A stretch of 64,000 bases of DNA from Candidatus Omnitrophota bacterium (lineage in GTDB: Bacteria; Omnitrophota; Gorgyraeia; Zapsychrales; Fredricksoniimonadaceae): the NCBI GenBank assembly GCA_043742785.1, contig JAYTXU010000006.1:5269-69268 (forward strand). Reading direction: 5' to 3'. A program made the translations under genes and the position numbers. The notes under the pieces are model-generated. The model did no database searches, was not told the origin of the DNA, and was given only the letters and a program-made list of their open reading frames with translations. Numbering within the stretch: the first letter of the stretch is position 1; every line of letters starts with the position of its first letter. Positions 8,317 to 16,695 of this stretch are shown here, one piece after another.

Positions 8317-9632
8317 AACAGCAGGATAAAAAATACCTTTGGCATCCTTTTACCCAGATGAAGGATTGGCAGGTCGATAAAGACCAGCCTGTAGTGATTG
8401 ATAAAGCCAGTGGCGTATATATCATTGATACCGACGGCAATGTTTATATCGATGGAGTGTCTTCCTTGTGGGTGAATGTTCACGGGCATAGACATCCTTC
8501 CATTGACGCAGCCATTAAGAAACAAATTGATCGTTTAAGCCATTCAACCTTGCTGGGCTTAGCGAATACTCCATCCGTAGAATTATCCAAGAAACTTATT
8601 GATATCGCCCCTAAAGGTTTAAAGAGGGTCTTTTTCTCCGATAACGGATCGACCGCTGTTGAAATTGCTCTAAAGATGGCCTATCAATACTGGCAGAACA
8701 CGGGGCATAAAAATAAATGCACTCTGGTTCACCTGTCCAATTCTTATCATGGAGATACATTAGGTTCTGTGAGCGTTGGAGGGATTGAGCTTTTTCATAA
8801 AGTGTATCGGGATTTGATTTTTAAAACAGTCGCTCTTGAACGTTATGGTTTTGATGCAACCTTGGATTTTGAAAGATTGTTAAAGAAAAAGTCTTCTGCG
8901 ATTGCAGCTTTAGTTGTTGAGCCTTTGGTACAAGGGGCAGCTGGGATGATCACTTGGCCTCAAGGTGTTTTAAGGGAATTCAGACGGATATGTACCAAAT
9001 ATAATGTGTTGTTAATTGTTGATGAAGTAGCTACAGGTTTTGGACGTACGGGAAAAATGTTTGCCTGTCAGCATGAGAGAGTAAGTCCTGATTTTTTATG
9101 TTTGGCTAAAGGAATAACGGGTGGATATTTGCCCCTGGCGGCAACTTTGGCCACAAAGAAGATTTACGATGGATTTCTTTTTGATTATAAGGACCAAAAG
9201 ACATTTTTTCATGGTCATACGTATACCGGAAATCCGCTAGCCTGTGCGGCGGCGTTAGCTAATTTGGAAGTATTTCAGAAAGAACGTACTTTAGAGAAAT
9301 TGGCTGGAAAAATAAAATACCTGGCGGGTCAATTGAAGATGTTTTATAATCTGCCCTCTGTTAGGGATATCCGCCAATGCGGTTTTATGGTGGGTATAGA
9401 GTTAGCAGGTCGTCTAGAGGATCGATTAGGCGCCAAGGTTTGTCAGGATATTCGTAAGTATGGAGTGATCTTAAGACCATTGGGCAATGTGATTGTTGTT
9501 TTGCCTCCGCTTTCGATTTCTAAGGATGAGTTATCCTATGTGCTAGCTGCTTTGTATCGATCGATTTCCACCAAAGGCGGATCCGTTTTTGGAGAAAAAA
9601 ATGTGATGAAAGAAAAAAATGATAGCCAATAA
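8289..9632 (+). CDS. bioA: Adenosylmethionine-8-amino-7-oxononanoate aminotransferase
   Basis: Class III aminotransferase: LWHPFTQM, DEVATGFGRTGKMFA, and PLP lysine in LCLAKGITGG. Confidence 0.9.
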   Translation: MQNKRSKLLKQQDKKYLWHPFTQMKDWQVDKDQPVVIDKASGVYIIDTDGNVYIDGVSSLWVNVHGHRHPSIDAAIKKQIDRLSHSTLLGLANTPSVELSKKLIDIAPKGLKRVFFSDNGSTAVEIALKMAYQYWQNTGHKNKCTLVHLSNSYHGDTLGSVSVGGIELFHKVYRDLIFKTVALERYGFDATLDFERLLKKKSSAIAALVVEPLVQGAAGMITWPQGVLREFRRICTKYNVLLIVDEVATGFGRTGKMFACQHERVSPDFLCLAKGITGGYLPLAATLATKKIYDGFLFDYKDQKTFFHGHTYTGNPLACAAALANLEVFQKERTLEKLAGKIKYLAGQLKMFYNLPSVRDIRQCGFMVGIELAGRLEDRLGAKVCQDIRKYGVILRPLGNVIVVLPPLSISKDELSYVLAALYRSISTKGGSVFGEKNVMKEKNDSQ

Positions 9633-10725
9633 TACAAAAGCTAATAAAGATACAATCGTTTTCGTCGCTATGAGCGGCGGGGTCGATTCTTCGGTTGTGG
9701 CAGGCATGGTTAAGGATGCTGGCTACAATACCGTTGGGGTGACCATGTGTTTTAATATTACCCATCCTAATAATACAAAGCCTTCTTGTTGCGGTGTGGA
9801 GGGTATTGGCGACGCTAAGCGTGCAGCAGAAATCTTAGGCATTCCGCACTATGTTTTTAATTTTGCCGGAGACATTAACGATTTTATTATCGAAGATTTT
9901 ACGCGTGAATATTTAAGCGGACGAACACCGAATCCTTGCGTGCGCTGTAATCAACATTTAAAGTTTGGAACACTTTACGATAAGGTTAAGACCCTTGGTG
10001 CGGACTATATCGCTACCGGTCACTACGGTAAGATTGATTTTAATCAAGGGGATAAAAATTTTGAACTTAAAAAAGCAGTGGATGAAAGAAAAGATCAGTC
10101 GTACTTTCTTTATAGTATGAAAAAAGAAACATTACCTTCAGTGCTTTTTCCCTTAGGAGGGTTGACTAAGGTGGAAGTTCGCGAGCTAGCGCGTAAATAT
10201 AATCTTAATACGGCAGATAAAGCGGAAAGTCAGGATATTTGTTTTGTTCCAGCCGAAGGGTATAAGAAGTTTCTTGAAGATCGTGTGGGGAAGGAAACAA
10301 TGATCACAGGAGATTTTATTGATGAAGAAGGAAAGGTTGTTGGACAACATAAAGGAATTGCTTATTATACGATTGGTCAGAGAGATAAATTAGGGATTGC
10401 CTTAGGACATCCTGTTTATGTTTATCGTATTGATCCTAAGAATAATACCGTTCATGTGGGGAATTTAGAAAGACTTTTTTCCAAGGGACTAATTGCTTCT
10501 CAAACAAATTGGGTTAGCATGGAAATTCCTAAAGAAACCATAGAAGTCATGGCTAGAATTCGATATAATTCTCCTGAAGTAAAGGCTTATTTGACAGCAC
10601 TTGATCAACATAAAGTGCGTATTGAATTTGAAGAGCCTCAGAAATCTGTAACGCCAGGACAATCCGTTGTTCTCTACAAGGATGATATTGTTTTAGGCGG
10701 GGCCATTATTGATGAACCTATTTGA
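9619..10725 (+). CDS. mnmA: tRNA 2-thiouridine(34) synthase
   Basis: PP-loop VAMSGGVDSS, NPCVRCN, and ATGHY motifs. Confidence 0.9.
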   Translation: MIANNTKANKDTIVFVAMSGGVDSSVVAGMVKDAGYNTVGVTMCFNITHPNNTKPSCCGVEGIGDAKRAAEILGIPHYVFNFAGDINDFIIEDFTREYLSGRTPNPCVRCNQHLKFGTLYDKVKTLGADYIATGHYGKIDFNQGDKNFELKKAVDERKDQSYFLYSMKKETLPSVLFPLGGLTKVEVRELARKYNLNTADKAESQDICFVPAEGYKKFLEDRVGKETMITGDFIDEEGKVVGQHKGIAYYTIGQRDKLGIALGHPVYVYRIDPKNNTVHVGNLERLFSKGLIASQTNWVSMEIPKETIEVMARIRYNSPEVKAYLTALDQHKVRIEFEEPQKSVTPGQSVVLYKDDIVLGGAIIDEPI

Positions 10726-10739
10726 GGGGAGAGAATTTT

Positions 10740-11492
10740 ATGTTAAGGGTATTTGTTAGTTTTGGAATTCTTCTTTTATTGTCTTTTTCTGCTTTTGCTC
10801 AAGCAACCAATCCAGCTAGAACTTATGAACAACAAAGAGATTCTCAGCCACCAGCAGATGGTGTTTGGCATGTCTATGATCGTGCGGGGAATCTTCAAAA
10901 GGAAGAAACTTATAAGACATATCGTTTGGATGGAGATGTAAAGACGTTTTATCCGACCGGAGGCATTAAATCGATTACTCCATATGTTGATGGTAAACGT
11001 CATGGACTTGAACAAAAGTACTATGAATCAGGCTCCCTGCAGGCTGAAAATATTTATGTTAAGAATGATTTAAAGGGTATTTGTAAAGAGTTTTATCCAA
11101 CCGGTGAATTAAAACGTTCAGCAGATTATGAAAAGGGTCAATTAGAGGGCGTTACAAAAGTTTATTTTCCTAATGGGGCTTTGAAACAACAGTGGAATTA
11201 TAGCCATGCTATTCTAAGCGGTTCACAATTAACCTATGGTGAAGATGGACAAGTTAAAACAGAAGACAATTATCAAAATGGAGTACTTGTTGCTCATAAA
11301 GATTACACCACGGATATTTCTGCTTTAAGTTCTGTCCCTAAGCCTGCTCCAGTGGTTGCTACAGCAAATAAGCCAGTCGTGTCTAGTTTACCAACAACAC
11401 CGCTTAATCAAGCTAATCCTCCAGCGGTTCCACCGTCGGATAAAGGCAATCCTCCTCCTGCAAAAGAAGCAGGCGGGACTTACGGCAAATAA
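10740..11492 (+). CDS. Secreted MORN-variant (YwqK-like) repeat protein with Pro-rich tail
   Basis: Signal peptide MLRVFVSFGILLLLSFSAFA|QA. Repeated Y-x-x-G-x-L-K units (FYPTGGIKS, YYESGSLQA, FYPTGELKR, YFPNGALKQ). GGGGAG SD upstream of ATG 10740. P/A-rich C-terminus. Confidence 0.6.
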   Translation: MLRVFVSFGILLLLSFSAFAQATNPARTYEQQRDSQPPADGVWHVYDRAGNLQKEETYKTYRLDGDVKTFYPTGGIKSITPYVDGKRHGLEQKYYESGSLQAENIYVKNDLKGICKEFYPTGELKRSADYEKGQLEGVTKVYFPNGALKQQWNYSHAILSGSQLTYGEDGQVKTEDNYQNGVLVAHKDYTTDISALSSVPKPAPVVATANKPVVSSLPTTPLNQANPPAVPPSDKGNPPPAKEAGGTYGK

Positions 11493-11507
11493 TAGAAAGC
11501 ATGGTTT

Positions 11508-12779
11508 ATGATTTCATTAAATATGGAGCATTTAAAAGGTTTTGTTAGTGACGATGAAATTAAAGATATTTTTCCTGCTGTCAAGCAAGCCCACGAGGAT
11601 TTAAATACAAGAAAAGGTAAAGGTTCTGAATATACGGGATGGTTAAATCTGCCTTCTGGCATTTCTGATGATTTTCTTAAAGAACTTCAGACTATTTCAG
11701 AAGGACTGCAGAAGGATTGTGATTGTTTGGTTTCTATTGGTATTGGAGGTTCCTATCTTGGCATTCGTGCAGCTATCGAATTCTTAGGAGGGAAGTCAAA
11801 GCTGCCTATCTATTATGCAGGGCACAATATCAGTGGCGAGTATCTGTATGATCTTTTAGAAACACTTAAAAATAAACGGGTGGGCGTTGTCGTAATTTCA
11901 AAGTCCGGTACAACTACAGAACCTGCCATTGCTTTTCGCATCATTAAGAATTTGTTAGAAACAAAATATACTCCCCTTGAATTAAAGAAGCGTATTATTT
12001 GTGTTACCGATGAGAAAAAAGGGGCCTTGCGTCAGATTGCTCTCAAGAATGGTTATAGGTCCTTTGTTATTCCTGATAATGTGGGGGGAAGATTCTCTAT
12101 ATTAACTCCCGTAGGTCTTGTTCCGTTAGCTTTGGCTGGGGTAGATGTAAAGAGTTTGGTCGAGGGAGCGCGTAAAGCAGAGGAAGAATATAAAATCTTA
12201 GATTTAGATAAGAATATTTGTTATCTGTATGCGACTATTCGCAATATTCTCTACAGGAAGGGAAAAAAAATTGAGGTTGTTTCTTCCTTTTATCCTCAGG
12301 TGTATTTTGTTGCGGAATGGTTTAAGCAGCTTTTTGGAGAGAGTGAAGGTAAAGGGGGAAAAGGGATTTTCCCTGCTTCAATGATTTTCTCAACAGATCT
12401 CCACTCCATGGGGCAGCAGATGCAAGATGGTGAACGCAACATCTTTGAAACTTTTATCGCGATCGATAAGCCTTTGCATGATTTGGATGTCCCTCACGAT
12501 GTTGATAATTTGGATGGTTTTAATTATGTGTCCGGCAAAAGCTTTGATTATGTGAATAAGAAAGCTTATGAAGCGACATCTTCGGCGCATTTCGAGGGTG
12601 GAGTGCCTAATATGACGATTACCCTTTGCAAAGCAGATGCCTTTCACTTAGGACATTTGTTCTACTTCTACGAAAAAGCCGTGGCTATTTCTGGTTATAT
12701 TCTGGGTGTCAATCCTTTTGACCAGCCGGGTGTAGAAGCGTACAAAAGCAAAATGTTTACCCTCTTAGGAAAAAAATAA
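11508..12779 (+). CDS. pgi: Glucose-6-phosphate isomerase (short bacterial type)
   Basis: SIGIGGSYLG, ISKSGTTTEP, GGRFS and GESEGK motifs. The start could instead be Met6 (11523). Confidence 0.85.
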   Translation: MISLNMEHLKGFVSDDEIKDIFPAVKQAHEDLNTRKGKGSEYTGWLNLPSGISDDFLKELQTISEGLQKDCDCLVSIGIGGSYLGIRAAIEFLGGKSKLPIYYAGHNISGEYLYDLLETLKNKRVGVVVISKSGTTTEPAIAFRIIKNLLETKYTPLELKKRIICVTDEKKGALRQIALKNGYRSFVIPDNVGGRFSILTPVGLVPLALAGVDVKSLVEGARKAEEEYKILDLDKNICYLYATIRNILYRKGKKIEVVSSFYPQVYFVAEWFKQLFGESEGKGGKGIFPASMIFSTDLHSMGQQMQDGERNIFETFIAIDKPLHDLDVPHDVDNLDGFNYVSGKSFDYVNKKAYEATSSAHFEGGVPNMTITLCKADAFHLGHLFYFYEKAVAISGYILGVNPFDQPGVEAYKSKMFTLLGKK

Positions 12780-12787
12780 CTTAAGCC

Positions 12788-14386
12788 ATGTCTGTCGTTA
12801 TTCAAGTTCGATCCCTGACAAAAACCTATCATTCTCAGTCAGGGATTGTCCATGCTTTAAATGGCATTGATATTGATGTTGAGCAAGGTGAGATCTTAGG
12901 CATTCTCGGGCCCAACGGGGCGGGTAAGACAACTTTCTTAAATACTCTTTCTACTCTTTTACTTCCTGATAGCGGTCAAATTCAAATTCTAGGGATTGAA
13001 TTGAAATCTCAGAACTTTTCAGAGATTCGTCGGTTGATTAATATGTCTTCCGGTTATCCTAACTATGCTTTTAGTTTAACGGTTAAAGAAAACTTAGAAT
13101 TTTACGGCCGTCTATACGATTTATCGGGGGAAGCTCTTGAAAAAAAGGTGGGGGAGGTCATAGAGCTTTTTTCTTTAAATGAATATGCTAATCGTCGTTT
13201 TGATGAACTATCTTCAGGAACAAAACAGCGTTTATCCTTAGCTAAATCGTTACTGAATGATCCTAAAATTCTTTTTTTGGATGAACCAACGATTGGCCTT
13301 GATCCAGATGTAGCTCTTAAAACTAGGCAGATTATTAAGGGCATTCTTAAGCAAAGACAAGTGACCGTGCTTTTGACCAGTCACAACATGGATGAAGTCG
13401 AAGACATGGCAGGAAGAGTGGTCTTCATTCAAAAGGGAAGAATTATTAAACTATCCTCTATTAGTGAGTTAAAGCGCCTGCACAATACGGATGATTTAGA
13501 GCAGGTGTTTATCCACTTAGCTGCGCAGAAAAATAGTGACAGGCACTATTTTTCTGGTGAATGGCAAAAGATAGAAAAAATAGTGCCTGTCACTAATTTA
13601 AATATTAGCAATTGGTTTAATCGTTGTCGATCCTTTACTACACGAAGCTTCATTTTTGCCACGCGTAATTTATTTGTGATGACTGATTTATTCTTTTGGC
13701 CGTTGATTAGTTTGGTTTCGATTGGGCTTATGGCTAAGTTCGTGAATTTAGGCGAGGGGATGCTAGCCTTTATCATGACAGGGACTTTAGCTGCTGGTGT
13801 TCTACAAATTGTTCAGCTGGATGTAGGCTATACCATCCTTTATGAACTGTGGTCGAAGAGTCTTAAGCATACCTTACTGACACCGGTGGGCGTTACCGAG
13901 GGAGTTTTTGGGACCTGGGTGGCAGGGATAGTTCGCGGCTTAGTTGCATTTGGTCTCTTAGCGGTTGCTGCAAATTTAGGATTTGGTTTTCATCTGCCGG
14001 GATTTTTTGTGACGATGCTGTTTTTCTTGGGGCTTTTTGTTTGTGCTTTGATTTTAGGAATCATCGTTAATATTCTTATCCTGTCTTTTGGACAGAAGGT
14101 GGAGATCACGGCTTGGATGTTTGCACATTTATTTATGATCCTTTGCGGGATATATTATCCTGTTGATATTTTGCCGCCCTTTTTTCAAGGTATGGCTATG
14201 ATGATACCGATCACGCATTTCCTGGAATTCTTCCGTCAATCCTACGGTTTTAAAGCGCATAGCGCGCATCCTTTATTGGTTGGGTTTGCTTTAAGTGGGA
14301 TATATTTGGTTATATTCTTACGATTATTAGCCAATGCCTATACCCGTGCTAGGCGTAAAGGGGTCATTATTCGTCTTTCAGAATAG
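12788..14386 (+). CDS. Fused ABC transporter: N-terminal ATPase plus C-terminal ABC-2 type permease
   Basis: Walker A GPNGAGKTT, signature LSSGTKQRL, Walker B LFLDEPTIGLD. After a linker, about 6 hydrophobic helices follow in the same ORF (aa ~290-520). Confidence 0.8.
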   Translation: MSVVIQVRSLTKTYHSQSGIVHALNGIDIDVEQGEILGILGPNGAGKTTFLNTLSTLLLPDSGQIQILGIELKSQNFSEIRRLINMSSGYPNYAFSLTVKENLEFYGRLYDLSGEALEKKVGEVIELFSLNEYANRRFDELSSGTKQRLSLAKSLLNDPKILFLDEPTIGLDPDVALKTRQIIKGILKQRQVTVLLTSHNMDEVEDMAGRVVFIQKGRIIKLSSISELKRLHNTDDLEQVFIHLAAQKNSDRHYFSGEWQKIEKIVPVTNLNISNWFNRCRSFTTRSFIFATRNLFVMTDLFFWPLISLVSIGLMAKFVNLGEGMLAFIMTGTLAAGVLQIVQLDVGYTILYELWSKSLKHTLLTPVGVTEGVFGTWVAGIVRGLVAFGLLAVAANLGFGFHLPGFFVTMLFFLGLFVCALILGIIVNILILSFGQKVEITAWMFAHLFMILCGIYYPVDILPPFFQGMAMMIPITHFLEFFRQSYGFKAHSAHPLLVGFALSGIYLVIFLRLLANAYTRARRKGVIIRLSE

Positions 14387-14497
14387 AAAACAGGGATAGG
14401 CTCTATTTCTTGGTGATCTATCGAAAAAAGTAGTACCTGTCGTTATTTTAATGTAAAATGAAATATATTTATTAACAGGATTTAAAGGAGTGATATT

Positions 14498-14671
14498 ATG
14501 GGCGGACGTACAGGAGAGTTGATTTTACTTTTGCTTGTTTTTGTTTTGCTTTTTGGTGCACAGAAACTGCCAGAAATCGGCGCTGCTTTAGGTAAGGCCA
14601 TCCGTGAATTTAAGAAAAACGTTAATTCCGTTGAAGAGGATGTTAAAAAACCTATCGAGCAAAAGCCGTAA
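14498..14671 (+). CDS. tatA: Twin-arginine translocase subunit TatA/E (57 aa; below the ORF-track cutoff)
   Basis: Translated by hand: MGGRTGELILLLLVFVLLFGAQKLPEIGAALGKAIREFKKNV.... This is the canonical TatA TM helix followed by the FG..KLP hinge and an amphipathic helix. AAAGGAG SD lies 7 nt upstream, and the stop abuts the tatC start. Confidence 0.85.
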   Translation: MGGRTGELILLLLVFVLLFGAQKLPEIGAALGKAIREFKKNVNSVEEDVKKPIEQKP

Positions 14672-15382
14672 GTGAAATTATCAGCTTATTTTCAATCACT
14701 TTTAATCCATTTGGATGAACTGCGTCAGCGATTAATAAAGATAGCGCTTGGTTTTATAGTTGCGACGCTTGTTTGTTATAATTTCGTTGGTCAGGTGTTA
14801 CCTTGGATTATTAAACCAGCCGGTAAACTTGTTTTTACTTCTCCCTTAGATGGATTTTCTGCTTACATGACCTTGGCTGCTGTGATGGGGTTTATTGTTT
14901 CGCTACCTTGGACGGTTTATCATGTTTGGGCTTTTATTGCGGGAGGTCTTAAATCAACAGAGAAAAAAGCTGTTTATATTTTTGCTCCTCTTTCGTTAAT
15001 GTTTTTCCTGTTAGGAGTAGCCTTTTCTTTTTATATTGCCATTCCTTTAACGTATCGATTTTTAATGAGCTTCACAACAGATTATATGCAGCCCATGATT
15101 ACGGTGAGCAATTACATGGGGTTTGTAGCAAATATGCTGATTGCGTTTGGAGTAACCTTTGAATTGCCTCTGGTCTTGGCATTTTTAGCTAAGATTGGCA
15201 TTGCTACTCCAGAATATCTGCGTCAAAAACGCCGCCATGCGATGATGATTATTTTTATTGTTGCAACCATCATTACGCCTCCAGATGTTGTCTCTCAGGT
15301 TTTACTTGCCGTTCCGCTAATTGTTTTATATGAGATTGGGATTGTGTTGGTGGGGATGACATATAAACATAAAACCCTCTGA
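14672..15382 (+). CDS. tatC: Twin-arginine translocase subunit TatC
   Basis: GTG start directly after the tatA stop. HLDELRQRL N-terminal motif, six hydrophobic segments, and TPPDVVSQ motif. Confidence 0.85.
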   Translation: MKLSAYFQSLLIHLDELRQRLIKIALGFIVATLVCYNFVGQVLPWIIKPAGKLVFTSPLDGFSAYMTLAAVMGFIVSLPWTVYHVWAFIAGGLKSTEKKAVYIFAPLSLMFFLLGVAFSFYIAIPLTYRFLMSFTTDYMQPMITVSNYMGFVANMLIAFGVTFELPLVLAFLAKIGIATPEYLRQKRRHAMMIIFIVATIITPPDVVSQVLLAVPLIVLYEIGIVLVGMTYKHKTL

Positions 15383-15400
15383 TGAACTTCAGAGGGTTTT
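15371..15400. terminator. Bidirectional rho-independent terminator
   Basis: Perfect 12-bp stem AAAACCCTCTGA (15371-15382) / TCAGAGGGTTTT (15389-15400) with a 6-nt loop. The A-tract/T-tract symmetry lets it serve tatC (+) and the convergent micro-gene (-). Confidence 0.8.
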
Positions 15401-15426
15401 ATGATAAACAAATTTGAAAACAGTTC

Positions 15427-15477
15427 TTACTTCTTTTTAGCTGTCTTCTTTTTAGCTGTCTTTTTCTTTGTAGCCAT
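15427..15477 (-). CDS. Candidate 16-aa lysine-rich micro-protein MATKKKTAKKKTAKKK
   Basis: On the minus strand: TTGCAT (15546-15541), a 16-nt spacer, TAATAT (15524-15519), then AGGAG 9 nt before ATG 15477. There are 16 sense codons containing a 15-nt direct repeat (ACAGCTAAAAAGAAG x2) and a TAA stop. The bidirectional terminator lies about 27 nt downstream. Confidence 0.45.
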   Translation of the reverse strand: MATKKKTAKKKTAKKK

Positions 15478-15621
15478 GATGTGTATCTCCTTTCTTTAAG
15501 GATTGATTTGTTAATAAGATATTAGCACAGGTGTTATGTTATGCAAAAAATATTTTAAAAATTTTTTTAAAATATAAATTTTATATAATCATTTTTGTCG
15601 TCGGAAAAAAGAAAATATTTT

Positions 15622-16695
15622 ATGAAGCCCTCAGCAATCTATATACATATTCCATTTTGTTCGCATAAATGTTTATTTTGTTCATTTGCAATTGCAGTTG
15701 CGCAGACTCATCGCGCAGATGATTACTTGGATCGTTTAGAAAATGAAATGAAATCTTATCAAGGAGCTTCTTTAGATAGTTTGTATTTAGGAGGAGGAAC
15801 TCCTTCGATGTTATCAGTGGTACAGTTGGATCGATTAATAAAAATGGTTAGAAAAAATTTTTCTTTGAAAGACAATTGCGAAATCACAATGGAAGCTAAC
15901 CCTGAAGGAATCGATGCAAATAAGGCCGCATTCATAAAAGGATTAGGATTTAATCGAATGAGTTTAGGGGTACAGTCTTTGGATGATCGTTATTTGAAAT
16001 TTTTAGGACGTAAGCATGATGCTGTCTCTGCTAAGAGTGCGTACTTAATATTAAGGAAGGCAGGATTTGATAATATCAATTTGGATTTGATGTATGCTTT
16101 TCCTTCACAAACAGAAGAAGAGCTAGAGAAGGATGTGCGTGCCATAGCCTTACTTGGTAGTGAGCATTTATCGCTGTATACATTAACCATTGAACCCAAT
16201 AGCCGTTTTTATGTTAGCGCTTTAAAGCTGGATGATGAAGAAAAGATTGCTAAAGGTTATGGAACAGTCATTTCATTATTAAAAGAGTATGGATTTAAAC
16301 AATATGAGGTTAGTAATTTTTCTAAGGAAGGGTATGAGTCTAAGCACAATAAGAATTATTGGTTAGGTGGAAGATATATTGCTTTTGGAATGGGGGCCCA
16401 TGGATTTATAGATAACCGCCGTTATTGGAATACGTCTAATTTAAAAGATTATTTAAATAATGAGAATGTTGTTGAAGGCTTTGAAGAATTAGATGATCGG
16501 ACCCTTATTATAGAGAAGATGATCTTTGGTTTGCGTATGAACGAAGGAATTGAGGACAGCTTAATTCCAGAAGACAAGAAACTAACAATTGATCAATTTA
16601 TTCAAGAAGGTTTTATGGTGAGGGATAATCACAGATTGAAGGTTACAGATAAAGGACGACTTGTCTTGGATCAATTATCGGTGCGGTTGGTATAG
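15622..16695 (+). CDS. hemW: Radical SAM heme chaperone / oxygen-independent coproporphyrinogen oxidase-like (HemW/HemN family)
   Basis: IYIHIPFCSHKCLFCSF (CxxxCxxC) and YLGGGTPS. At about 360 aa it fits the HemW size. I chose ATG 15622 over the tracked TTG at 15595. Confidence 0.75.
   Translation: MKPSAIYIHIPFCSHKCLFCSFAIAVAQTHRADDYLDRLENEMKSYQGASLDSLYLGGGTPSMLSVVQLDRLIKMVRKNFSLKDNCEITMEANPEGIDANKAAFIKGLGFNRMSLGVQSLDDRYLKFLGRKHDAVSAKSAYLILRKAGFDNINLDLMYAFPSQTEEELEKDVRAIALLGSEHLSLYTLTIEPNSRFYVSALKLDDEEKIAKGYGTVISLLKEYGFKQYEVSNFSKEGYESKHNKNYWLGGRYIAFGMGAHGFIDNRRYWNTSNLKDYLNNENVVEGFEELDDRTLIIEKMIFGLRMNEGIEDSLIPEDKKLTIDQFIQEGFMVRDNHRLKVTDKGRLVLDQLSVRLV

Noticed and set aside
16675-16695. 21-nt convergent overlap of the hemW and polyprenyl synthase 3' ends as a regulatory feature
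   Set aside because: Short convergent overlaps are common in compact genomes, and there is no associated structure.
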